DNA of 64,000 nt from the IMG/VR virus record IMGVR_UViG_3300029873_000387. The stretch is one strand, 5' to 3'. Every line of letters starts with the position of its first letter. Position 1 is the first letter of the stretch. A program made the translations under genes and the position numbers. The notes under the pieces are model-generated. The model did no database searches. It was given only the letters and a program-made list of their open reading frames with translations, and was not told the DNA's origin. Positions 10,516 to 19,838 of this stretch are shown here, piece after piece. The DNA is from a virus (taxonomy: Duplodnaviria > Heunggongvirae > Uroviricota > Caudoviricetes).

Positions 10516-11466
10516 TTACATCAGGAAAGCCAGCTTCCAACGCTGGTAGTCTTCCATATAGTCTTTTTCAATTTTGTTTTGTTTGTGCTCCAGCTTGACC
10601 CTGCCTTTAACAACATATGTCCGCCCGGACATGAAATCAACTGCTGCGTCAGAGAAGTCCACTGGAATACCAGCCCGCTCTCTCTCGTACATCCGATAGA
10701 AAAGCCCGGACATCCATACTCTGTAGAAGCTTAACTGCTGCTTTGTCTTGCCATCCTGAAGTGCGGCGGCAGAGCGGTGCGAAAGCATAGAGCGAATGGA
10801 CATGGTTTTTGTGGTAGCCCGAACCCCACGCATAATGGTATCGCCAGGAACTCTGTCACGCCGAATTTCTTTTGCGTAATTCGGATGTTTGTACAAAAAA
10901 CCAGGAAGCTCCACCGCATTATGAAATGCAGGAAGGGATTCGCGGTAAAGAGGAACACAGTTCTCGCCGTACCGAATGGACATATCCATGAAGTCTACAT
11001 CCGAAGCTGTGATGCTCAGCGTATCTTCTTCCCGGATACCGGAAAACGCCATCCAGTAGTAGCAGCGGTAGAGATTATCGATAGTCTCGTCGTCCTCTGG
11101 GTCAAAGACCTCGTTGAGATACCGCTGGAGATGTAGCGGGCTTGTGACCATCTGCTTTCTGACCTTGTCAAGACCGACCGCTGTGATGCGAAGCATCCCA
11201 TCACAGGCACCCGGCACATTCATGGTGATACACCACTTGACATACTCTTTCAGTATCGTCAGCGACATCCATTGACTTTTGGAGCGCAATCCTACGATTT
11301 CATCAATCACAGGCTGTAGTTCCTCGGTGCTTTTCGTACACAAATCAGCACCCCATGCCTCTTCATGCGGCTCAAACGCGGTAAATACCGTTGTTGCCAC
11401 ATTCGCGGTATTGATGCTTTGTGTATAGTTGCGGATGAAGTTTATCTTTAACCCTTCATTGTACAT
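10516..11466 (-). CDS. Hypothetical protein; weak resemblance to the catalytic region of a tyrosine recombinase
   Basis: 316 aa. LSITASDVDFMDMSIRYGENCVPL resembles integrase box I (LRWSDIDF...V.L). Later H/R-containing segments follow (LSHRSAAALQDG...FYRVW). Divergent. Confidence 0.35.
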   Translation of the reverse strand: MYNEGLKINFIRNYTQSINTANVATTVFTAFEPHEEAWGADLCTKSTEELQPVIDEIVGLRSKSQWMSLTILKEYVKWCITMNVPGACDGMLRITAVGLDKVRKQMVTSPLHLQRYLNEVFDPEDDETIDNLYRCYYWMAFSGIREEDTLSITASDVDFMDMSIRYGENCVPLYRESLPAFHNAVELPGFLYKHPNYAKEIRRDRVPGDTIMRGVRATTKTMSIRSMLSHRSAAALQDGKTKQQLSFYRVWMSGLFYRMYERERAGIPVDFSDAAVDFMSGRTYVVKGRVKLEHKQNKIEKDYMEDYQRWKLAFLM

Positions 11467-11495
11467 GGCGAACCTCCCGTTAATTGTATGTAGGG

Positions 11496-11933
11496 TTATG
11501 CCGGAACGGCAGCATTCAAGCGGATTGCCTTATGCCAAACGGCAAGCAGCACCTCAGTATCCAGAAATGAAATAGCGGAGGTAGCGAGGAGATTTGCTGC
11601 TGCTATCTGCCGCATATAGCGGTTGGACAATGTGGTGATATACTGACCGATGCGTTCTTTCGACATACATTCGGGATTCTCGCACAGAACCATGCTATCC
11701 AAACGAAGGCCACTGTCAGCCGACTTGATAACAACATGGGTGGGCTGTCCGGCTTTCTTAATGGAACTGGTGAGGGGAAGGGCGATGATGTTGGGACTGT
11801 GTGCGTTGCCGACATTGTTCTGAAAAACAACACCGGGGCGCCAGCCATTTTGTTCGCAGCCGCTTCCTCCAAAGTTCATCAGATATACTTCCCCAATTTG
11901 AGGGACTCGCTGCTCATTATGATGAAAACCCAA
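11496..11933 (-). CDS. mazF: MazF/PemK/EndoA-family endoribonuclease toxin
   Basis: GEVYLMNFGGSGCEQNGWRPGVVFQNNVGNAHSPNIIALPLTSSIKKAGQPTHVVI aligns motif-for-motif with B. subtilis EndoA/MazF ([57 protein letters not shown]). TTG start with an AAGGAG RBS. Confidence 0.85.
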   Translation of the reverse strand: MGFHHNEQRVPQIGEVYLMNFGGSGCEQNGWRPGVVFQNNVGNAHSPNIIALPLTSSIKKAGQPTHVVIKSADSGLRLDSMVLCENPECMSKERIGQYITTLSNRYMRQIAAANLLATSAISFLDTEVLLAVWHKAIRLNAAVPA

Positions 11934-11972
11934 GGTACTAACTCCTTCAATTCAATTATGTTGATAGTTGGA

Positions 11973-12001
11973 GTATAGCATAATGGCGGTTTCAAGTCAA
12001 G
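11973..12001 (-). promoter_or_regulatory. Sigma-70-type promoter directly upstream of mazF
   Basis: On the minus strand: TTGACT (duplicated), a 17-bp spacer, then TATACT. An AAGGAG RBS and the TTG start follow. Confidence 0.5.
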
Positions 12002-12027
12002 TCAATTATATAGACAACATAAAAAGT

Positions 12028-12372
12028 TTATGAGAAAATAAGGGTGTAGGTTTTCTCGGGCTCCACAGCTTTCATGTTACCGCAGCTTACCGTGAGTATA
12101 GTACCCAAAGGATTGGCGTCGCTATTGATTTCGGCAAATTTTATCCGGTCGATGCACATAGTACTTGTCTCGGACTTTAGGCAAATCAGATTGGGATTTT
12201 CGCATATCAACATAATTGGGAAGGACAATCTGATTTTGCAGGGGTCTGCCACACGATACCATTCCTGATTCTCCGTGTAGAAGAGAACCTGTTGCGGTTT
12301 GTTTCGGGAACAGTATTCCTTCAGTTCCCTCACAGAAACTCTTTTTTTCATCTCGTAGTCAGAAACCTCCAT
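12028..12372 (-). CDS. Hypothetical protein; first gene of the leftward early operon (Cro position, but no obvious HTH)
   Basis: 114-aa ORF divergent from the CI-like repressor. Weak RBS. Confidence 0.4.
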   Translation of the reverse strand: MEVSDYEMKKRVSVRELKEYCSRNKPQQVLFYTENQEWYRVADPCKIRLSFPIMLICENPNLICLKSETSTMCIDRIKFAEINSDANPLGTILTVSCGNMKAVEPEKTYTLIFS

Positions 12373-12544
12373 TGATTTATGAGGAAGCCCATGTTATACT
12401 ACAAGTGGGTCATGATGAGTGGTGTTGTTATGACCACGGCCTGTAAATCTATGGGCTGCTCGCATACTGTTTTCTTGAGTTTGTGTTCATCGGCAGTATG
12501 CAACATGGGATAGTCCGTCGAAAGGCGGGCTATTCTTTTTCCTA

Positions 12545-12579
12545 TTGACAGAAACATAAGTTTATGCTATCCTGTCAAT
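12545..12579 (+). promoter_or_regulatory. Promoter/operator region of the CI-like repressor gene
   Basis: TTGACA, 17 bp, TATCCT. The inverted repeat TTGACAG...CTGTCAA (12545-12551 and 12573-12579) brackets the promoter. A GGAGG RBS precedes ATG 12663. Confidence 0.4.
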
Positions 12580-12662
12580 GCAAACAGTAGTTACGGTGTT
12601 AATGCTACCACAAATAATGGGTCGTGTCAACAACCAATCTCAAATTACGGAGGATAGTCATC

Positions 12663-13469
12663 ATGGACTTCGGCCAGCGCCTGAAAAATCTGCGTTTGGA
12701 GCGCGGATATACACAGCAGGATTTGAGTTCTGCTGTCGGAGTCTCTACCGTTGCTGTTAGGTCGTGGGAACACAACACGAAAAAGCCGAACATGGACGCC
12801 TTGATTGCGCTTGGGCGTTTTCTGAACACATCGATAGATACGCTTCTTGATATTCAGCCGAAAGGAAGCGAACAAAACTACACTTTTATACTCTCTCCCG
12901 CAGAGAAACGCTTCCTACAGAACTATCGTGAGCTTGATTCCCACGGCAAAAAAATCGTGAACACCGTATGCTCTTTGGAGAAAGAGCGTATTGACCTGGC
13001 GGCAAAACCGAAGAACCGCAGCAAAGTTATCCAGCTTGCAAATACCGAGAGAGAGCGGTATATCCCACGATATACTACACCATCCGCAGCCGGTACATCT
13101 GTCCCGCTTGACGGCGCTGACTTTGAGATGATTCTGGTGGACAACAGTGTCCCAGACGAAGCAGATTACGCCGTAAACATCCAGGGAAACAGTATGTTCC
13201 CATATATTCACGATGGCGACATGGTATATGTGAAAAAGGATGCGGAAATGGCTATCGGCGATGTCGGTATCTTCTGTGTGGATGGCGCAATGTACTGCAA
13301 GCAGTACTATGTAGATGAAAATGGGAACCTTGAGTTAGTATCCGCGAACCCAGAACTTCGTAACACGAATGTCTTTGTGTCGTCGGATAGCGGCAGCTCT
13401 GTAAAATGCTACGGAAAAGTTTTGATGGGCTTCAAGCTGGAACTGCCGGACTATTTGTTTGAGGAGTAA
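12663..13469 (+). CDS. CI/LexA-like phage repressor (XRE HTH + S24 peptidase)
   Basis: N-terminal HTH: LKNLRLERGYTQQDLSSAVGVSTVAVRSWE. C-terminal S24 motifs: IQGNSMFPYIHDGDMVYV...GDVGIFCVDGAMYCK. It is the only plus-strand gene in a minus-strand sea, divergent from the early genes. Confidence 0.85.
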   Translation: MDFGQRLKNLRLERGYTQQDLSSAVGVSTVAVRSWEHNTKKPNMDALIALGRFLNTSIDTLLDIQPKGSEQNYTFILSPAEKRFLQNYRELDSHGKKIVNTVCSLEKERIDLAAKPKNRSKVIQLANTERERYIPRYTTPSAAGTSVPLDGADFEMILVDNSVPDEADYAVNIQGNSMFPYIHDGDMVYVKKDAEMAIGDVGIFCVDGAMYCKQYYVDENGNLELVSANPELRNTNVFVSSDSGSSVKCYGKVLMGFKLELPDYLFEE

Positions 13470-13472
13470 AAG

Positions 13473-13500
13473 AGCAGGGCAATCACGCCCTGCTTTTTCT
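13473..13500 (+). terminator. Rho-independent terminator after the repressor gene
   Basis: AGCAGGGCaatcacGCCCTGCT followed by TTTTTCTTT. Confidence 0.6.
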
Positions 13501-13731
13501 TTACTGGATAGCAGACTGAATGTGGCTTTTTGCATCGTCGATTTTTTCGAGCGCATCATTCAGACTATCCAATGCGTCTTCCATCTTTTCAAACCGTTCT
13601 GTGCTTTGCAGATTTTCAGGGTAGTTATCAACACAGTCCTGCTCCTTGTCGCAAACCCTTTCTACCACAGAAGCGGCATTGCTCAACATATTGAGGGCGT
13701 CTCTGAGCTGCCCCCGTCTTCTATCATCCAC
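13501..13731 (-). CDS. Small hypothetical protein (acidic, coiled-coil)
   Basis: 76-aa ORF, convergent with the repressor gene. Confidence 0.4.
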   Translation of the reverse strand: MDDRRRGQLRDALNMLSNAASVVERVCDKEQDCVDNYPENLQSTERFEKMEDALDSLNDALEKIDDAKSHIQSAIQ

Positions 13732-13766
13732 TCAATTCCTCCTATGAAAGCAATTTGCATAGTGAA

Positions 13767-14120
13767 TTAGGTCGCCTGCCATACACCAGCGATATTCATA
13801 TCGAGCCGCAGAGTATCTTCTGCCGCCTTAGAAATAGAGAACGAAGTGACTTCCTGTAAAAGCTTACAGAAACCATTCTCCCTGCCATTTTCCAGAATGA
13901 CCTCGTCGCAGAAGATGCTGATAGTCAGCACCTTGTTATCCATATTGACACTCGCGTCAATGACGGAGCAATCAATCTCTTCAAAAAGCGCATCGACTTT
14001 CTCGCAAGCTCTGCTGACCTGCTCGGATTTTTCCGGTGAGACAACAAAAGCCGCACCGAACTCTTTGGAGGCATCCTCAATCAAGCCATGCACCGTGTCA
14101 AAACAACCTTTGTATTCCAT
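13767..14120 (-). CDS. Hypothetical protein
   Basis: Start chosen at MEYKGCF, preceded by a G-rich RBS. The ORF track begins at 14159. Confidence 0.4.
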   Translation of the reverse strand: MEYKGCFDTVHGLIEDASKEFGAAFVVSPEKSEQVSRACEKVDALFEEIDCSVIDASVNMDNKVLTISIFCDEVILENGRENGFCKLLQEVTSFSISKAAEDTLRLDMNIAGVWQAT

Positions 14121-14133
14121 ATTGTCCGCCCCC

Positions 14134-14523
14134 TTAAACGATTGGTGTTGTGATACCATGAAAGGTAAATGTCAGCCGAATCCTGTTTTTTGCCAGAGGA
14201 TAGACCTCTGTATTGCTGGCAAACTCAGCGGCTCTGGCAAACCACTCCGGATTATCAAAGTCCAACCTCTTTGCCTCGATAGAGACACTGCCCATTGTCT
14301 TGAACGGTTCACACAGTTTATATGAAAGAACGGCATCCGTTCCTTTGGCGAAATGCTTGAGCACAGAATAGACGAACTTCATCTGCTGATGCTTGGGAAG
14401 ACTGATGATGGTTGTCTTCATCTCATCATTCATCACCTCATCATAAATGGCATCGACGAAACTGTCGAACGCCGTTTCAATGTCGGCATCAAGCGCATAC
14501 TGCAAATCCAAATTGTTATCCAT
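14134..14523 (-). CDS. Hypothetical protein
   Basis: Start chosen at MDNNLDL with an AAGGAG RBS. The ORF track begins at 14541. Confidence 0.45.
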   Translation of the reverse strand: MDNNLDLQYALDADIETAFDSFVDAIYDEVMNDEMKTTIISLPKHQQMKFVYSVLKHFAKGTDAVLSYKLCEPFKTMGSVSIEAKRLDFDNPEWFARAAEFASNTEVYPLAKNRIRLTFTFHGITTPIV

Positions 14524-14562
14524 AAAGACCACTCCTTCCAATATCTATTATACCACACACAG

Positions 14563-15249
14563 TCAACTGCAGAGCTGACAGGTGATTTCCACATCGCCAG
14601 ATGCATTCTCTCCGAGAATTTGCAGCAGAGAGTTCACAATCATAGATGCGTTGATTTTTCCACTAAAAGAAAGAGAGACCTTCTTCATGGACATGATTTC
14701 ATCCTTATCAGGCACTGAGGCACGAGATGCTACTGGCTGGACAGGAGCTGGGGCAGGTTTTACCTCGCCCTTCAGGAACTGCCCCCATGCTTCTCGCTGT
14801 TCGGCATTCATGGAGTGCCCTACCGGGAACTTTACTGCAAGACCGTTTGTCTGGATGAACCGCCGTATGGTAAGCGGCTGCACATGGAACATAGCTGCCA
14901 GACTGGTTGCGTTTGCCCCGTAAATAGCCAGTAGGTGGTTGAGATATTCTTCCTGCGTCGGCTTGGAGACCTCCTTAAAAATCTCCCAGGAAGTAGGTTG
15001 GTTCAAGTTGATAGACAATGTTTTCCCATTCCTTTCTTTCCACTGCTTTTTCGTCAAGTTATCTGACGGGAGAGAACACTTCCGACTTTTGCTGCCACGC
15101 TTGCGATGGCGAGCCTGTTGAGCCAGCTGTTTCTTTTGCCAGCAATCATAAGTAAAGTCATCCACCGTGTTCCTCCATCCTTTGATATACACGGAACTTC
15201 TCTTCCAATTCCGTTGGCGACCGTGCTTTTCCAAGCTTGCGAAAGCCAT
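14563..15249 (-). CDS. Hypothetical basic protein, possibly DNA-binding
   Basis: 228 aa. Lys/Arg-rich N-terminus and a Pro/Ala linker. Confidence 0.45.
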   Translation of the reverse strand: MAFASLEKHGRQRNWKRSSVYIKGWRNTVDDFTYDCWQKKQLAQQARHRKRGSKSRKCSLPSDNLTKKQWKERNGKTLSINLNQPTSWEIFKEVSKPTQEEYLNHLLAIYGANATSLAAMFHVQPLTIRRFIQTNGLAVKFPVGHSMNAEQREAWGQFLKGEVKPAPAPVQPVASRASVPDKDEIMSMKKVSLSFSGKINASMIVNSLLQILGENASGDVEITCQLCS

Positions 15250-15365
15250 CCTCTACCAGCTCATACAAGAAGTAAAAGTCGCGGCTGTCTTTACTGGTCA
15301 GGATAAAGCGCAGCTCGTGATTACTATTATAGTATCCAACCCACACTCGCTCGCCTTTTGGGTAT

Positions 15366-16718
15366 TTAGGTTCGCTCAATAAGCTCCACCGCCTTTCGCA
15401 GCAAAACATCGTGTTCGTTGGGGAGCGTATCGAGAATAACCTCATCCAAAAGCTCGTGGAGGATGGCTCCGACTTGTCTTCCCTGCGGCACACCGAGAGA
15501 AATGATATCCTTGCCGTTGATTGCCAGGTCTTTTAAGGAAAAGCATTTTTCCTGTTCAAGTATCTCTGCCATCAGCACGCCGAGCGCCACGCACCGCTCG
15601 ATTCTGGACTCCTGTGTGCCCTCTGCATGAGCTTTGATATCCGCCATCCTGACATCCAATAGTTGAGAAAATCTGCGCTCGCCGATTTTGCAAAGCCATC
15701 GGCGAACTGTTTTCGTTGTTGGTTCAATGACGGTATCATGGTACAAAACAAGGTCAAGCACTTCCTGTTTTGTTGTGGTGTCAAAGCGCAGCCGTTCCAG
15801 AACAACTTTGGAAATATCATAACTATAGTTTCCGTGTCCGTGAAAATGGCCGCCGTTCTCATCCTCGGTATAACAGCAAGGCTTTCCGATGTCGTGCAGC
15901 AGCAGTGCTACCTTAACAGCAATGTCCTTGCCCGTATAGTTGGCAACTGCATGAGCGATGTGGTCATAAATGGTGTACTGGTGGTATTTGTTGTTCTGGT
16001 CAAAACCGATACACGGTTTCATCTCTGGAATGATAGTCGCAATCACATCGGGATAATCCAGCAGGACGGGGAGGACGCCGTTTCCGAGAAGCAGCTTGCA
16101 AAGTTCGCTGTGGATTCTTTCCGCAGCAATATTCGTAAGCCGCCATGCGTTATCATGAATGGCCTGAGCCGTGTTCTTCTCAATCGAAAACCCATAGACA
16201 GAAGCAAACCGTAATGCACGCAGAATGCGAAGTGCGTCTTCGCTGAATCGGTCATTCGGATTTCCGACGCAGCGAATAATGCCATTCTTCAAATCGTCTA
16301 CGCCATGAAAGGGGTCAATAAGACCGGCACCGTTATACGCCATTGCATTGATGGTAAAATCTCTGCGGGACAAATCCTGATAAATGCTCTCTGTGAATGT
16401 AACAGAATCAGGACGACGATTATCTGAGTAATCCCCATCAATGCGGAAGGTCGTAATTTCGTATTTGCCCGCTCGCTCCATATCAGCTGTGATTGTACCG
16501 TGCTTTAATCCTGTATCAATCGTCCGGACGCTACAGCGGTTGAGATACTCCTTAACCTCCTGCGGCGTAGCGGAGGTGCAGATATCCCAATCCTTTGGCT
16601 CTCTGCCAAGCAGACTGTCTCGAACGCAGCCGCCAACGACATAAGCCTCATGATTTTCATAGCGAAGCCCAAGAATAATCGCCTTTGCGCCCTTTGGAAT
16701 AGAAATCTTATACATCAA
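15366..16718 (-). CDS. cca: CCA-adding tRNA nucleotidyltransferase with C-terminal HD domain
   Basis: GGCVRDSLLGREPKDWDICTSATPQEV...GLKHGTITAD...RRDFTINAMAY is the class-II PolyA_pol head. HD domain: LLHDIGKP...GHFHGHGNYS. Confidence 0.85.
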   Translation of the reverse strand: MMYKISIPKGAKAIILGLRYENHEAYVVGGCVRDSLLGREPKDWDICTSATPQEVKEYLNRCSVRTIDTGLKHGTITADMERAGKYEITTFRIDGDYSDNRRPDSVTFTESIYQDLSRRDFTINAMAYNGAGLIDPFHGVDDLKNGIIRCVGNPNDRFSEDALRILRALRFASVYGFSIEKNTAQAIHDNAWRLTNIAAERIHSELCKLLLGNGVLPVLLDYPDVIATIIPEMKPCIGFDQNNKYHQYTIYDHIAHAVANYTGKDIAVKVALLLHDIGKPCCYTEDENGGHFHGHGNYSYDISKVVLERLRFDTTTKQEVLDLVLYHDTVIEPTTKTVRRWLCKIGERRFSQLLDVRMADIKAHAEGTQESRIERCVALGVLMAEILEQEKCFSLKDLAINGKDIISLGVPQGRQVGAILHELLDEVILDTLPNEHDVLLRKAVELIERT

Positions 16719-17730
16719 GAGACCTCCTGTTCACGCTGACCACAAACTCCTCAACGCGCTTCATATCAGGATGCTCCGGCAGGTTTGTGTTCCGCTTCGC
16801 ATAATCAAGACGCTTTTCAAAATCTGAAACCATCTCGAAAAACTCTGGACGGTAGGTGCCATCCTCCAGTTGATATTCTCCTCTGCGGATACTCATAAGA
16901 AGAGGCAGGTCGGCGCCACGATAAGTGATGATGTCACCTTTCTCAAGGATATCCAGACACATCAGATACAGGCGGATGAGATGCATGGCGTGCTTGTTGA
17001 GATGATTGTCATCCTTCTTATGGTTTCTGTGGTTCAGCTTTTCATAGGTTCCGACAACATTGGTCAAGTCGTTTAGAATGCTGTTGAACTCACGCACCGG
17101 ATACTTTGTAAGATGAATGTCTGCAAAAATCTCTCTGTCCAAATCCTCGCGTGAGCTCTCAGCCGTGTAAAGAGTGATGCCACCATTCTCAAAGACCCGA
17201 TACCTGCTTTCAAACGCCTTGACTGCGCTCTTCATAGAGTTTAGGATGTGCTCTTCTTTCCGTGCTTGCGGAAGTTTGTCTCTGGCGAGAGCATTTTCCA
17301 GCCGCCGCAGCTGCTGGTTGGCGTATCCTCCGAAAGAGTTCACCGCTCGCTTGGAAAGGAACAGCTTTCTGTTCTCAATCATTTCTCGCCCAATGTCAGT
17401 GCAAACCATGTACTGCTCCGGACGGCAACCCAGCATCTCAATCGTATTGGGATTGCAGTTCAGAAGCAAACTTACAAGCTTATTGAATGAGTAAACTGTG
17501 GTATCCGTTCCTGTATGAACGACCTGCTCGAAGTTAGATAGTCCCAGCAAATCGGAACGGCTGTTTAAGGCACAACCACGGATATCCACATCAGAGGTTT
17601 CAACATTTGTACCGTAGGAGTAACTGCCGCCCAGCGTGAGAAAGATGATTTTGCTTTTCAGGTGTTCATTACTTCTGAGAAATTCATACGCAGGGCTTTG
17701 CAGCATTTCTCTGATTTGTTCTGTGGTCAT
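16708..17730 (-). CDS. Nucleotidyltransferase-fold protein (minimal NTase GS...D.D motif)
   Basis: LTLGGSYSYGTNVETSDVDIRG. Start chosen at MTTEQ with a GGAGG RBS. Confidence 0.55.
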   Translation of the reverse strand: MTTEQIREMLQSPAYEFLRSNEHLKSKIIFLTLGGSYSYGTNVETSDVDIRGCALNSRSDLLGLSNFEQVVHTGTDTTVYSFNKLVSLLLNCNPNTIEMLGCRPEQYMVCTDIGREMIENRKLFLSKRAVNSFGGYANQQLRRLENALARDKLPQARKEEHILNSMKSAVKAFESRYRVFENGGITLYTAESSREDLDREIFADIHLTKYPVREFNSILNDLTNVVGTYEKLNHRNHKKDDNHLNKHAMHLIRLYLMCLDILEKGDIITYRGADLPLLMSIRRGEYQLEDGTYRPEFFEMVSDFEKRLDYAKRNTNLPEHPDMKRVEEFVVSVNRRSLDV

Positions 17731-17744
17731 GTTATCCCTCCTCA

Positions 17745-17999
17745 TCAAACATTCAGGGCAAGAGTATCATACATAGTAAGAATCCCACCGACAACAACAA
17801 ACTCGTATATGTGGTAAGCCGCTCCGGGTAGAACCCCATAGTTGTCGCTCTCATCAAAAACATTGAAGACTTGGCAACGCTCATCATGTGACAGTTCGAG
17901 AAACTCACTGCACTCTTCTTCCGAATCAAAGGAATACAGCGTGGCTTTTGTTGCCGACTCATCGAAACCAACATAGTCCGATACAAACAGCCTCTTCAC
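17745..17999 (-). CDS. Small hypothetical protein
   Basis: 84-aa ORF overlapping its neighbours by 4 nt at both ends (operon coupling). Confidence 0.4.
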   Translation of the reverse strand: MKRLFVSDYVGFDESATKATLYSFDSEEECSEFLELSHDERCQVFNVFDESDNYGVLPGAAYHIYEFVVVGGILTMYDTLALNV

Positions 18000-19165
18000 C
18001 TTGTCACCTCATTTGCCAATATCTCTATGCATGACGCAATGATATTCGCTGCGTCTACTACTTCGTCTGCTGTATTCATTCTGGAGAATGAAATTCGGAT
18101 AGAGTTTCTTGCTTCGTCTGCCGTCAAGCCCATCGCAGTTAGCACATGGCTTGGCTCAGCTTCATGGCTACGGCAAGCGGAGCCGGCAGAGATACAGATG
18201 TTCTTTCCGTCAAGCATCAAGAGCAGAGTTTGCCCATCAATGCCGGAAAGGCACAGGTTCAGCGTCTTCCCTGGATTGAGAACGGACGGGCCGTTGGTGC
18301 GGACAATATCAGTGCGCCCACTCTTTTTTAAGGCATCTGTCAATGCCATATAAAAACGCTGTTTAAGCGTAGAAACCCAGATACAATCCTCATGGAGACT
18401 CTTGGATGATATTTCACAGGCCGCACCAAAGCCTACAATACCGGCAACATTTTCTGTTCCGGCACGGAGTCCGAACTCCTGCTCCGCACCGCCAAAGATG
18501 ATGGGAGTCAACACACTTTTATCCTTGGCAAACAGCGTGCCGACGCCTTTTGGCCCGTGGATTTTGTGAGAAGAAAGCGAAAGAAAATCGCACCCGATTT
18601 TCTCCACATCGATGGGATGGCAACCGGCAGCCTGGACGCAATCTGTGTGGAACAGGATGCCACGCTTCATGCAAATCGTGCCGATTTCTTCAATCGGATT
18701 GACGGCGCCGGTCTCATTGTTGACATACATAACAGATACCAGCCCTGTCTTGGGGGTAATGGCATCTTCTACGCTCTGCACAAACACTTTTCCGTCGCTA
18801 TGTGCAGGCAGATATTCAATATAAAACTCGTCTTTTATAAGCGAATGAGCCGCTTTCAGAACGGAATCGTGTTCAATGGCAGAAACCAGAATATGCGTCT
18901 TTCCGATACTTTTAAGATATTCCTTTAAGCCCTGAAACACAAGACTATTTGCTTCGCTGCCGCCAGAAGTGAAGAGAATCTGCTCCGGCTTGGCATTAAG
19001 GAACTCAGCTACCTGAGCTCGTGCCTGTTTCACGGCTTCGCCTGCACTGCGTCCAAACTTATAGAGTGTACCAGCATTACCGTACTGAGTAGTCAGATAC
19101 GGCATCATGGCATCCAATACACGCTTGTCTATCTGCGTGGTGGCCGCATTGTCCAGATAAATCAT
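17996..19165 (-). CDS. Cysteine desulfurase (class-V aminotransferase, IscS/NifS-like)
   Basis: IYLDNAATTQ...FTSGGSEAN...SLSSHKIHGPKGVG, including the PLP-lysine SxHK motif. Start at MIYLDNAATT with an AAGGAG RBS. Confidence 0.8.
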   Translation of the reverse strand: MIYLDNAATTQIDKRVLDAMMPYLTTQYGNAGTLYKFGRSAGEAVKQARAQVAEFLNAKPEQILFTSGGSEANSLVFQGLKEYLKSIGKTHILVSAIEHDSVLKAAHSLIKDEFYIEYLPAHSDGKVFVQSVEDAITPKTGLVSVMYVNNETGAVNPIEEIGTICMKRGILFHTDCVQAAGCHPIDVEKIGCDFLSLSSHKIHGPKGVGTLFAKDKSVLTPIIFGGAEQEFGLRAGTENVAGIVGFGAACEISSKSLHEDCIWVSTLKQRFYMALTDALKKSGRTDIVRTNGPSVLNPGKTLNLCLSGIDGQTLLLMLDGKNICISAGSACRSHEAEPSHVLTAMGLTADEARNSIRISFSRMNTADEVVDAANIIASCIEILANEVTR

Positions 19166-19226
19166 GTGCGCCACGCTCCTTTCTTTTCTGTGTTGCATTG
19201 ATACAGCCCATCAAGCAGCTGCAAAA

Positions 19227-19838
19227 CTACTGTGCGGCAGGCGGTTCCGCCGCTTCATTTTTGTAAACAGCTTCAAGCCGCAGGATTTCATCCAGTGTTC
19301 GCGGGGTGTAATCCATCCACGGCATCATCGAGCCGACATTATACATAAGGCATGGGTGCCCGTATAATTCCTGCATCAGGAAGCGGTCATGCTCCATCAT
19401 GTTCCACTCAAAAGAGTTATGAACATGACCGTACAGATGATACCAGCCGTAATAGTGGTTCTTAAAACACGGGATTGGGTAATGACAGAGGACAACCTTA
19501 CGGTCAGAGTCCTCAACCTCCAGATACTCCGTGACCTTGACGAACTTTTTGAGAAACCGCCCATCGCTGCAGCGGTCATGATTACCCTTAATCAGAAATA
19601 CCTGTCCGTTCAACTGATTGAGGACAGAAATCGCTTCCTGCATATTGCACCAGAACATATCGCCAAGAACATAGACGGTGTCACCCGGATGAACGGCGGC
19701 GTTCCATCGCTCAACAAGTGCAGCGTTCATGTCCTCAACTGTTTTGAAAGGACGATTATCGAACGCCAGAATGTTATTATGGCCGTAATGCCAATCGGAG
19801 ATATATAGTTTTCTGTTAGCTGCTTGCTGCTCGGACAC
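19227..19838 (-). CDS. Calcineurin-like metallophosphoesterase
   Basis: Motifs ISDWHYGH, VLGDMF, KGNHD and GHVH. Confidence 0.75.
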   Translation of the reverse strand: MSEQQAANRKLYISDWHYGHNNILAFDNRPFKTVEDMNAALVERWNAAVHPGDTVYVLGDMFWCNMQEAISVLNQLNGQVFLIKGNHDRCSDGRFLKKFVKVTEYLEVEDSDRKVVLCHYPIPCFKNHYYGWYHLYGHVHNSFEWNMMEHDRFLMQELYGHPCLMYNVGSMMPWMDYTPRTLDEILRLEAVYKNEAAEPPAAQ

